Source of the DNA: an uncultured delta proteobacterium
GTDB lineage: Bacteria; Desulfobacterota; Binatia; JACPRU01
NCBI GenBank assembly: GCA_963745025.1
Contig: CAVUWD010000005.1
Location: 160,001 to 224,000 of the forward strand
Direction: 5' to 3'
DNA length: 64,000 nt
A program made the position numbers and the translations under genes. Below the pieces are notes generated by a model that saw only the letters and a list, made by a program, of their open reading frames with translations, was not told the DNA's origin and did not search any database. Below are positions 49,886 through 62,018 of the stretch, in pieces (positions within the stretch are counted from its first letter, which is position 1; each line of letters opens with the position of its first letter).

Positions 49886-52522
49886 ATGCCGAGGCCGGTG
49901 TCACGCCTCTATTTGGTCGACGTCAGCTCCTACATCTTCCGCGCCTTCCACGCGATCCCGCCCCTCAACAACAAGAACGGGTTGCCGACCAACGCGATCC
50001 TCGGCGTCGTCAACATGCTTCTCAAGCTCGTGAACGAGGAGCGTCCCGAGCGCATGGGGATCGTGTTCGATGCGGCCGGGCCGACGTTTCGCGACGAGAT
50101 CGACGGCGACTACAAGGCCAACCGCAGTCCGACGCCCGATGCGCTCGTGCCTCAGCTGCCCTACGTCCGGAGAGTCATCGAGGCGTTGCGGCTGCGTTGC
50201 CTGGAGATCCCAGGCGTGGAGGCGGACGACGTCATCGCCACGCTCGCGCGGAGCTTCGCTTCCGAGTCGATCGAGGTGGTCGTCGTGACCGGCGACAAGG
50301 ACTTGATGCAGCTCGTCGGGCCGCACGTCACGCTGTACATGCCGAGCGGCGGCCGGGGCGGCACGCTCGAGCCGCGCCGTGTCGGTCGTGCGGAAGTCGA
50401 GGCGCGCTTCGGCGTTCCGCCGGAGAAGGTCGTGGAGGTCATGGGCCTCACCGGGGACTCGATCGACAACATTCCCGGCGTGAAGGGAATCGGCGACAAG
50501 ACCGCGCAGGCGCTCATCCAGAAGTTCGGTTCCGTCGACGAGCTGCTCGCTCGGCTCGACGAGGTGGGAACGCTCGGTCTGCGCGGCGCCAAGCGCATCC
50601 GCGAGCTCCTCGCGAACCAAGCCGACTCGGCGCGACAGTCGCGAGAGCTCGCGCGGCTGAAGAGTGACGTCCCGCTCGAGGTGACGCTCGACGACTTTCG
50701 CATGCAGGCGCCGGATTACCTGACGCTGCGGACGCTCTTCACCGAGCTCGGTTTTCAGTCGAAGATCCCGCTCGTCGCGCCGCGCGAGCCGTCGAAGAGC
50801 GGGACGACGGGATGGATCGAGACCCGGGCGGAGCTCGATCTCTTCGCCCAGACGCTCGCCGGCAGGAGCCGGATCGCGATCGAGCTCGTCGAGGGAGAAG
50901 GGAAGCGCCTAGACTGCCTGGCGGTCGCTCCGGAAGAGAGCGAAGCGTTCGTCATCACCTTCGGGCGCGAGATCCGGCCGAGCGACCTCGCCCCGTGGCT
51001 CGGCTCGGCGGCCCTCGCCAAAGTGGGTTCCGATCTGAAGCGCGCGGTCGTCCGCCTCGAGCGTGAAGGGGTCTCGCTCGGTGGCCTCGACTTCGACGTG
51101 GGCGTCGCCTCCTACGTGGTCAACCCTTCACGGCAGAGCCACCGCGTGGAGGACCTCGCGCTCGAATACCTCGGCCGGAGCCTGGTGACTGGCCTCGAGG
51201 AATCGGAGCACGGGGTGGGGGAGGCGGCGGCCGAGCGCGCGCGCTCCGTGGTCCGTCTCGAGGCGGTGCTCCGCGAGAAGCTCGCCGAGCAGCAGGCGGA
51301 GAGCCTCTTTCGCGAGATCGAGATGCCGCTCGTCTCGGTGCTCGCACGCATGGAAGCGCGCGGCGTGCGCATTGACACGGAGCTCCTCGCCGCGCTCGGA
51401 GCGGAGCTCGACGGGCGGATGCGCGCGCTGCTCGGCGAGATCTACGAGCTCGCCGGCGGCGAGTTCAACGTCAACTCACCGCCGCAGCTGCGCGAGGTCC
51501 TGTTCGCCAAGCTGAAGATCTCGACGCGAGGGGTGCGGCGCGGCAAGACCGGGCTTTCGACCGACGTCGACGTGCTCACCCGTCTTGCCCGCGAGCATCC
51601 GCTCCCGCAGAGGATCCTCGACTACCGGAGCCTCGCCAAGCTCAAGTCGACGTACGTCGATGCGTTGCCCGCGCTGGTCGATCCCGAGACCGGCCGCATC
51701 CACTGCTCCTTCAATCAGACGGTGGCGGCCACCGGGCGGCTCTCGTCGAGCGATCCCAATCTGCAGAACATCCCGATCCGGACCGAGGAGGGGCGGCGCA
51801 TTCGCGCCGCCTTCTTGCCCGCGCCCGGCCATCGCTTGATCTCGGCCGACTACTCGCAGATCGAGCTCCGCGTGCTCGCCCACATCTCGGCCGACCCGAT
51901 GCTGATCTCCGCGTTCCAGAAGCGCGAGGACATCCACATGCGCACCGCCGCGGAGGTCTTCGGGGTCGATGCCGGGGCGGTCAGCGCCGATCAGCGCCGC
52001 ACCGCCAAGGTCATCAACTTCGGCATCCTCTACGGCATGGGTCCTTCGCGGCTCTCGAAGGAGCTCGAGATCTCGCTCGAGGAGGCGAAGAGCTACATCG
52101 ACAGCTACTTCGCTCGCTATCCCGGCGTTTCGGAGTACATCCGCACGACGCTCGAGGAGGCGAGAGCCAGGGGCTACGTCACGACCCTCTTCGGCCGACG
52201 CCGATTCATTCCCGATCTCACGAGCACGGAAGGGGGTGTGCGGCAGTTCGCCGAGCGCACGGCCGTCAACACGCCGATCCAGGGTACGGCGGCCGACCTG
52301 ATCAAGGCGGCGATGGTACGGATCGATCGCCGCCTCGCCGAGCGAGCGAGCGCCGCCGGCATCATCCTACAGGTCCACGACGAGCTCATTCTCGAGGCAC
52401 CAGAGGCCGAGGTCGATCAGGTGGTGGCGCTGGTTCGCGAGGAGATGGAAGGCGCGGCACGGCTCTCGGTTCCCCTCGAAGTTTCGGTCGGGGTAGGATC
52501 GAACTGGGCGGAAATCCATTGA
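49886..52522 (+). CDS. polA: DNA polymerase I
   Basis: 5-3 exonuclease (YKANR, EADDVI, GDSIDNIPGVKGIG) and polymerase motifs TGRLSS, DYSQIELR, NFGILYG and QVHDEL. Confidence 0.96.
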   Translation: MPRPVSRLYLVDVSSYIFRAFHAIPPLNNKNGLPTNAILGVVNMLLKLVNEERPERMGIVFDAAGPTFRDEIDGDYKANRSPTPDALVPQLPYVRRVIEALRLRCLEIPGVEADDVIATLARSFASESIEVVVVTGDKDLMQLVGPHVTLYMPSGGRGGTLEPRRVGRAEVEARFGVPPEKVVEVMGLTGDSIDNIPGVKGIGDKTAQALIQKFGSVDELLARLDEVGTLGLRGAKRIRELLANQADSARQSRELARLKSDVPLEVTLDDFRMQAPDYLTLRTLFTELGFQSKIPLVAPREPSKSGTTGWIETRAELDLFAQTLAGRSRIAIELVEGEGKRLDCLAVAPEESEAFVITFGREIRPSDLAPWLGSAALAKVGSDLKRAVVRLEREGVSLGGLDFDVGVASYVVNPSRQSHRVEDLALEYLGRSLVTGLEESEHGVGEAAAERARSVVRLEAVLREKLAEQQAESLFREIEMPLVSVLARMEARGVRIDTELLAALGAELDGRMRALLGEIYELAGGEFNVNSPPQLREVLFAKLKISTRGVRRGKTGLSTDVDVLTRLAREHPLPQRILDYRSLAKLKSTYVDALPALVDPETGRIHCSFNQTVAATGRLSSSDPNLQNIPIRTEEGRRIRAAFLPAPGHRLISADYSQIELRVLAHISADPMLISAFQKREDIHMRTAAEVFGVDAGAVSADQRRTAKVINFGILYGMGPSRLSKELEISLEEAKSYIDSYFARYPGVSEYIRTTLEEARARGYVTTLFGRRRFIPDLTSTEGGVRQFAERTAVNTPIQGTAADLIKAAMVRIDRRLAERASAAGIILQVHDELILEAPEAEVDQVVALVREEMEGAARLSVPLEVSVGVGSNWAEIH

Positions 52523-52525
52523 AGA

Positions 52526-52597
52526 CGGCTACCGACTACGGACTACCTAACGGTAAGGCACCGTGGAGTCTTTTCTGGTACCGGCAGCCGGTAGCCT
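52526..52597. repeat. Heptamer-armed REP-like palindrome
   Basis: CGGCTACCGACTACGGACTACC..AAGGCAC..GAGTCTTTT..GGTACCGGCAGCCGGTAGCC. Confidence 0.72.
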
Positions 52598-52625
52598 GAA
52601 TTTCGCTTCCCCGGCGGCCGTCAAA
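52598..52625 (+). promoter_or_regulatory. RpoE-type ECF promoter, likely autoregulatory
   Basis: GAATTT-N16-GTCAAA immediately upstream of the ECF sigma gene (RpoE consensus GAACTT-N16-GTCAAA). Confidence 0.6.
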
Positions 52626-52639
52626 CAGGACGTGGCGAT

Positions 52640-53194
52640 TTGGCTGAGAACGATTGGGAGCTCGTCCGGCGTAGCTTGGCTGGGGATCAGCAGGGGTTCC
52701 GAGCGCTCTTCGACCGCTATCATCGTCAGGTACTCGCGATCGCCGTCGGTATGACCGGCAACGGCGATGATGCGATGGATGTCGTCCAAGAGACTTTCGT
52801 ACGTGCTCATAAGAACCTGGGTAGCTTTCTCGGCGAGTCGAGCTTCTACACGTGGCTCTACCGGATCGCCGTCAACGTTGGCATCGACTTTCGCCGGCGC
52901 CAGTCACGGCGTGCCGAGATCGTTCAGCTCGAGCCCATCGATGAAAACGTGGGCGATAGCGAGCGTGCGGTCGACCCGAGAACGGAGGTCGAGCGACGCG
53001 AGCTCGGTCGGCGCATTCTCCAGGCGGTTGACGAGTTGACGCCCGAGCACAAAGCCGCCATCATTCTTCGTGAAATCGAAGGCCTATCCTACGAAGAGAT
53101 CAGCAAGGTCATGCAGTGTTCGAAGGGGACGGTGATGAGCCGCCTCCACTACGCTCGCAAGAAGTTGCAAGCGAAGCTGCGTGAGCTCTTGTAG
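52640..53194 (+). CDS. ECF RNA polymerase sigma factor (RpoE-like)
   Basis: DVVQETF, SSFYTWLYRIAVN, LREIEGLSYEEI and GTVMSRLHYAR. Confidence 0.93.
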   Translation: MAENDWELVRRSLAGDQQGFRALFDRYHRQVLAIAVGMTGNGDDAMDVVQETFVRAHKNLGSFLGESSFYTWLYRIAVNVGIDFRRRQSRRAEIVQLEPIDENVGDSERAVDPRTEVERRELGRRILQAVDELTPEHKAAIILREIEGLSYEEISKVMQCSKGTVMSRLHYARKKLQAKLRELL

Positions 53195-53208
53195 GAGTGC
53201 ATGCAGCC

Positions 53209-53748
53209 ATGACCTTCGAAAGAGATACGAGCTGTCAGGACTTCGCCAGGCGCTTCGACGGCTTTCTCGACGGTGAGATGGATGCGCATTCGCTGCGCGC
53301 CATGGCCTTGCATGCGAGCCATTGTCCCGCGTGTGGTCTCGATCTCGAGAGCACGGAGACTCTCCAGGAGCTGATCCTCAAAGCGGTCGAGGGCGAGGTC
53401 GAGCGGCTCGACACCTCCTCGCTCTGGGCCACGATCGAGACGCGGCTCGAGCCCCCGCGGGCGCCGCTCCGAATCCGGCTGCGCGGATATTTCGAAGAGC
53501 GGAGCTGGTCGAGGCCGGTGCCGGCGCTCGTGCTCGGGGGAGCGCTCGCCGCGCTCGTCGTCACGCTTCTCTGGCCGGTCGCGTTGGCGCCGGAGCGATT
53601 CGCGACCGCACCGGTCGAACCCGTCGACAATCGCGCGCAGATCGAGCGCATCGAATCGAATCGATCGCATGTCGCGGTTTGGAGCGAGCCGTCGGCGCAC
53701 ACCACGGCGATCTGGGTCGCGAGCTACGAGCCGGAGGGAGCGCCGTGA
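53209..53748 (+). CDS. Zinc-finger (ZAS/zf-HC2) anti-sigma factor
   Basis: FLDGE..HASHCPAC (HxxxCxxC) followed by a single TM helix. Confidence 0.85.
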   Translation: MTFERDTSCQDFARRFDGFLDGEMDAHSLRAMALHASHCPACGLDLESTETLQELILKAVEGEVERLDTSSLWATIETRLEPPRAPLRIRLRGYFEERSWSRPVPALVLGGALAALVVTLLWPVALAPERFATAPVEPVDNRAQIERIESNRSHVAVWSEPSAHTTAIWVASYEPEGAP

Positions 53749-54218
53749 CGATCGGCTTGCCGTCCGTACGAAGCTGCGGGATCCCGTTGATCATCGTGCT
53801 ATGCGTGTTCGCGGTGCGGATCGCGCTCGCCGATGACGAGGCGGTCGCCCTGCACGTTCGGACGGTGCTCGCGACCGACAGCGGATCGGACTTCGACACG
53901 CGCTTGGACGGCTACCGCCGACAGCTACGCGGCCTTTTCCGTTACAACTCATACCGTCTGGTCAAAGAAGAAGAGAGGCACTGTGCCTTCGGACGTTCCA
54001 ACAACTTCGAGATCCCGGGCGGGCGCTACCTCGAGGTCCTGCCCGTGCAGTTTCGAGAGGACCGACTGAAGCTACGCGTGCTGCTGATCGAGGGCACGAG
54101 CTCCCCACCTCTCGATACGGACTTCACGGTCCCGAACCGCGGCAACATCTGGGTGGGAGGGCCGAGAAATCCCGATGGGGTGCTGCTGATCTCGATCGGC
54201 GCGGAGGCGACACAATGA
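53745..54218 (+). CDS. Hypothetical secreted protein
   Basis: Signal peptide, LRGLFRYNSYRL and VGGP; translationally coupled to the anti-sigma gene. Confidence 0.7.
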   Translation: MTIGLPSVRSCGIPLIIVLCVFAVRIALADDEAVALHVRTVLATDSGSDFDTRLDGYRRQLRGLFRYNSYRLVKEEERHCAFGRSNNFEIPGGRYLEVLPVQFREDRLKLRVLLIEGTSSPPLDTDFTVPNRGNIWVGGPRNPDGVLLISIGAEATQ

Positions 54219-54505
54219 ACTCACCGTTCACGATACTGCGAGAGCAGCTCTACGGATTGTGGCAACAGGTACGCGAGCGGGGCGCCGAGCAAGGGTATCT
54301 GCCGCTGCTTCGCCCGGTGGCTCCCTATGCCGGTCCCGAGGCGCTCTCGCCGGTCACCATGCTCGGGGTGATGCTCGGGATCGTCGTGAGCTCCGGGGTG
54401 GCGCTCGCGGCGCTCGGCGTGCTGCTGCTCGCGCTCCTCGTGCTTTACTTCCTCTTCACCGAGGTTCTCGGCCTCACCATCGAAGTGAAGCCGCTCGCCT
54501 TCTGA
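54215..54505 (+). CDS. Hypothetical membrane protein
   Basis: Long hydrophobic C-terminal half; GGAGG RBS; overlaps the previous stop. Confidence 0.7.
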   Translation: MNSPFTILREQLYGLWQQVRERGAEQGYLPLLRPVAPYAGPEALSPVTMLGVMLGIVVSSGVALAALGVLLLALLVLYFLFTEVLGLTIEVKPLAF

Positions 54506-55095
54506 ACTCCCTCCGCCTCGTTCTCGACTACGCGGGCTCCGCGGAAGCTCCGGCGGAGTATCCGCGCTGGTCGCTCCCCGAGATCGCGCTCGCCGGGCGC
54601 TCGAACTCGGGAAAGTCTTCGCTATTGAACCGCATCGCCGGACGGCGCGATCTCGCGCGGGTGAGCAAGACTCCCGGCCGCACGCGGCGGATCCATTTCT
54701 TCGCCGACCCTCACGCGGGCCTCGCCCTCGTGGACCTTCCCGGCTACGGATTCGCGCACGCGGCCAAGAGCGACCGCCGGCGCTTCGCCGCTGCGGTCGA
54801 GCGCTATCTCTCCGAACGGCCGCTGCTTCGCGGCCTCGTTCTGCTGCTCGACGTACGTCGCGCCCCCGAAGAGGAGGAGCGAATGCTCGTCGACTTCGCG
54901 CGGTCTCGGACGATCGGCATCGCGCCCGTCGTAACCAAGGTGGACAAGCTCGGCCGCGGCGAGCGGATACGACGGCTTCGCGAGCTCGATCGCGCTGGGA
55001 TCGGTACCTGGATTCCCTTCTCGGCGACGACCGGCGAGGGGAAGGACGCGGTCCTCGAGGCGATCGTCGCGCTTGCCGCCGAACGCCGGCGTTGA
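54502..55095 (+). CDS. engB: Ribosome biogenesis GTPase YihA/YsxC (probable CTG start)
   Basis: PEIALAGRSNSGKSSLLN, SKTPGRT, DLPGYG and TKVDK. Confidence 0.88.
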   Translation: MNSLRLVLDYAGSAEAPAEYPRWSLPEIALAGRSNSGKSSLLNRIAGRRDLARVSKTPGRTRRIHFFADPHAGLALVDLPGYGFAHAAKSDRRRFAAAVERYLSERPLLRGLVLLLDVRRAPEEEERMLVDFARSRTIGIAPVVTKVDKLGRGERIRRLRELDRAGIGTWIPFSATTGEGKDAVLEAIVALAAERRR

Positions 55096-55336
55096 CAGGG
55101 GCTCTATCGAGAGTGCATCCCCATGGATATGCGAACCAGGCTCGATCTCGGTGAGGTGGTCGTCGAGCGGAAGAGGCGCCTCGCGGCGCCCGGCAGGATG
55201 GAGGAGACGCTCGAACGGATGCCGTGTCGCCCCCTGCCGAGATGATGCTGGCAGCTACCTCCGTTTGGGTCGGTCCCCTGTGCGCGGAGGGGTGAGTGGG
55301 CGCCGCCCGACGGCGGCTCGGGAGTCGAAGCGGTTG

Positions 55337-56137
55337 GTGACGGGAGACAGAGACGCGATCGGCATCTTCGATTCGGGAGTCGGTGGCCTCACCGTGATGC
55401 ACCAGCTCATCGAGGCGCTGCCCGCGGAGAGCCTCGTCTACCTCGGCGACACCGGCCGGTACCCCTACGGCAGCAAGTCGCCCGAGACGGTGACTCGCTA
55501 TTCCCTCGAGAACGCCGCCTTCCTCGTCGACAAAGGCATCAAGTTGCTGGTCGTCGCCTGTAACGCCGCCTCGTCCGTCGCTCTCGGCGCGCTGAAGGCA
55601 GAATGCCCTGTGCCGGTCGTCGGCGTGATCGAGCCTGGCGCCAAGGCCGCCGCGGCGCGCACGAGGAACGCCCGCGTGGGCGTCATCGGCACCGAGGTGA
55701 CGATTGCCAGCGGCTCCTACACGCGCGCGCTGAAGCGCCTTCGGCCCGACTTCGAGATCTACACACGCGCGTGCCCGCTGTTCGTACCGCTCGCGGAAGA
55801 GGGATGGACCGACAACGAGGTGGCGAGGGCGACGATCGCCCTGTACCTCGGAAGTTTGCAGAAAAGCGGGATCGACACGCTGATCCTTGGTTGCACGCAC
55901 TACCCGCTGCTGAAAGCCGCGATCGGCGAGTTTCTCGGCGACGCGGTGGCGCTCGTCGATTCGGCCGAAGAGACCGCGCGCGAAGTGCGCGAGACACTCA
56001 AGGGAGCCGGCCTGCTGCGGCGCCGGGGCCGCGGCGGCGCGAGCTTTTTCGTCACCGACGTTCCCGACCGCTTCATCAAAGTCGGCCGGCGCTTCCTCGG
56101 CGAGCGGGTGGAGTCGGCCGTGCGGATCGAGCGATGA
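55337..56137 (+). CDS. murI: Glutamate racemase
   Basis: FDSGVGGLTV, PYG, VACNAAS and LGCTHYP. Confidence 0.94.
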   Translation: MTGDRDAIGIFDSGVGGLTVMHQLIEALPAESLVYLGDTGRYPYGSKSPETVTRYSLENAAFLVDKGIKLLVVACNAASSVALGALKAECPVPVVGVIEPGAKAAAARTRNARVGVIGTEVTIASGSYTRALKRLRPDFEIYTRACPLFVPLAEEGWTDNEVARATIALYLGSLQKSGIDTLILGCTHYPLLKAAIGEFLGDAVALVDSAEETAREVRETLKGAGLLRRRGRGGASFFVTDVPDRFIKVGRRFLGERVESAVRIER

Positions 56138-57054
56138 ACGACGTCGACAAAGCGGCCGTCGGCACCCCGGTCGGGATGGCGGGGATGATGGAGTGGATCA
56201 CGCTCCTGCGGCCGTCGCAGTGGCTCAAGAACCTGCTCGTCTTTGCGGCGTTGATCTTCTCCCGGCATCTGGTCGTCGCGCAGTCGGTGGCGCGGGCGAT
56301 CCTCGCGTTCGCGAGCTTCTGTCTTCTCGCCAGCGCCTCCTACGTGGTGAACGACGTCCACGACGCCGAGAAGGACCGCCTTCACCCGATCAAGCGCCTG
56401 CGCCCGATCGCAGCGAACCGGGTCTCCACGCAATCGGCGCTCTGGCTGGCGGTCGTGCTCGCCTCGGCGGCGCTCGCGCTCGCCCTCGTCCTCGGTCCGG
56501 AATTTGCCGAGATCGTCGCGGCCTACGCGGTGCTCCAGCTCGTCTATTCCTTCGTGGTCAAGGACATCGTGATCCTCGACGTCATGGCGATCGCCACCGG
56601 CTTCGTGCTCCGGGCCGTGGGGGGTGGCGTGGTGATCGACGTGTACGTCTCGCCCTGGCTGGTCATCTGCACGTTCTTGCTCGCGCTCTTCCTCGGCTTC
56701 AGCAAGCGGCGCCACGAGGTCGTGTTGCTCGAGGGCGCCGCCAGCGCCCATCGCGAGAGCCTACGCGAGTATAGCCCGTATTTCTTGGATCAGATGATCT
56801 CGGTCGTCACCGCGTCGACCGTGCTCGCCTACGCGATCTACACCGTGTCGCCGGAGGTGCGCGAGAAGCTCCACACCGATTCGCTCTACCTGACCATCCC
56901 CTTTGTCTTGTACGGAATTTTCCGTTACCTATACTTAGTTCACCAGCGCGAGGGCGGCGGCAACCCGACGCGAGAGCTGCTCACCGACCGACCGCTTTGG
57001 GTGAACGTATTGCTCTGGATTGGGACGGCGATATGGCTTCTGTACGTTCACTAG
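56134..57054 (+). CDS. UbiA-family decaprenyl-phosphate phosphoribosyltransferase-like protein
   Basis: LRPSQWLKN, YVVNDVHDAEKDRLHPIKRLRPIA, KRRHE and YGIFRYL. Confidence 0.85.
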   Translation: MNDVDKAAVGTPVGMAGMMEWITLLRPSQWLKNLLVFAALIFSRHLVVAQSVARAILAFASFCLLASASYVVNDVHDAEKDRLHPIKRLRPIAANRVSTQSALWLAVVLASAALALALVLGPEFAEIVAAYAVLQLVYSFVVKDIVILDVMAIATGFVLRAVGGGVVIDVYVSPWLVICTFLLALFLGFSKRRHEVVLLEGAASAHRESLREYSPYFLDQMISVVTASTVLAYAIYTVSPEVREKLHTDSLYLTIPFVLYGIFRYLYLVHQREGGGNPTRELLTDRPLWVNVLLWIGTAIWLLYVH

Positions 57055-58181
57055 TCGCGGTCGTGAAGACCAAACCCGAGTCCGTTCTCGAGGACTACGG
57101 GAGGGTGATGCACCTGGCGGGATACCAGAACACGGTCTCGCCTGCAGGCGACACGCTGCTCAAGCTGAACCTCTCCTGGACACAATACTTCCCGGCGTGC
57201 TCGACAGAGCCCTGGCAGCTCGAGGGCGTCGTCCGGACCCTGCTCGAGGACGGCTACGCGCGTGAGCGCCTCTTCCCGGTCGAGAACAAGACCGTGGTCA
57301 CCAACCCGCGGAAGGGCTGCAAGAACAACCTCTGGGAGCCGATTCTCGACCGTTACGGCCTCACGTTCCAGCCGCTTCCCGAGGTCGAGTGGACCGTCTA
57401 CAAGTTCCAGTCGCCGCTGCTCAAGCTGAACGACATCTTCCCCGAGGGCATCGAGATCCCGAAGATGTACATCGGCAGGAGCATCATTCACTTTCCGACG
57501 GTAAAGACGCACGGCCACTCGATCACCACGGGAGCCATCAAGAATGCGTTCGGCGGCCTCCTCAAGGAGGTTCGCCACTATGCCCACAAGTACATCCACG
57601 AGGTGATGGTCGACCTCGTGATGATGCAGAAGGAGATCCATCCGGGAGTGTTCGCCGTGATGGACGGTACGGTGGCCGGCGACGGTGCCGGCCCGCGCAC
57701 GATGTTCCCGCGCATCAAGAACTACATCCTGGCGAGCTCGGACAGCGTGGCGATCGACGCGGTCGCCGCCAAGATGATGGGCTTTGCGCCGATGGAGATT
57801 CCCTATTTGCGCATGTGCCACGAGCGCGGCCTCGGCGTGGCCGATCCGCGCGAGATCGAGGTCGTCGGCGAGGACGTGTCGAGCGTGAACTTCGGCTTCG
57901 AGACCAAGCGGAGCTTCGTGATCTGGGGAGACCAGATGCTGCGCAAGGGGCCGCTCCAGTTTCTCGAGAAGGTGGCGCTGCACTCGCCGCTGGTCGTCTG
58001 GGCGCCGATGGCCTCGAACGTCTACCACGACTTTCTCTGGTACCCGACGGTCGGCCGGCAACGGATCCGGGAGTTCGGCAAGACCGAGTGGGGCCGGCTC
58101 TTCGAGCGTTACCGGGCCGAGGGCACGCGCGGCGGACCGCTCGCCGAGCCGCCGGTGGCAAAGAGAGCCGCGGTGTCGTGA
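57033..58181 (+). CDS. DUF362 domain-containing protein
   Basis: KLNLSW, PTVKTH, TGAIKNAFG, GAGP and DSVAIDAV. Confidence 0.82.
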   Translation: MASVRSLVAVVKTKPESVLEDYGRVMHLAGYQNTVSPAGDTLLKLNLSWTQYFPACSTEPWQLEGVVRTLLEDGYARERLFPVENKTVVTNPRKGCKNNLWEPILDRYGLTFQPLPEVEWTVYKFQSPLLKLNDIFPEGIEIPKMYIGRSIIHFPTVKTHGHSITTGAIKNAFGGLLKEVRHYAHKYIHEVMVDLVMMQKEIHPGVFAVMDGTVAGDGAGPRTMFPRIKNYILASSDSVAIDAVAAKMMGFAPMEIPYLRMCHERGLGVADPREIEVVGEDVSSVNFGFETKRSFVIWGDQMLRKGPLQFLEKVALHSPLVVWAPMASNVYHDFLWYPTVGRQRIREFGKTEWGRLFERYRAEGTRGGPLAEPPVAKRAAVS

Positions 58182-58187
58182 GTAAGA

Positions 58188-58257
58188 GGCTACCGGTTAC
58201 AGAAAAAGGCTTCGCGAACGCTCGGGTCTTTGCCGGTAGCCGGTAGCCGGAAGCCGG
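58188..58257. repeat. Heptamer-armed REP-like palindrome
   Basis: GGCTACCGGTTACAG..AAAGGC..GTCTTTGCCGGTAGCCGGTAGCCGGAAGCCGG. Confidence 0.72.
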
Positions 58258-58265
58258 ATCTTCCC

Positions 58266-61948
<3,683 letters not shown>

Positions 61949-62018
61949 CGGCTTCGACCGACCGCGCAGCGGGTTGAAGCGGAAGGGTCGGCCGTAGCGC
62001 ATCGCCGCGGACGAACTC

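Noticed and set aside
50800-51300. PolA 3-5 exonuclease domain lacking catalytic acidic motifs
   Set aside because: Common in many bacterial PolA proteins; not novel.
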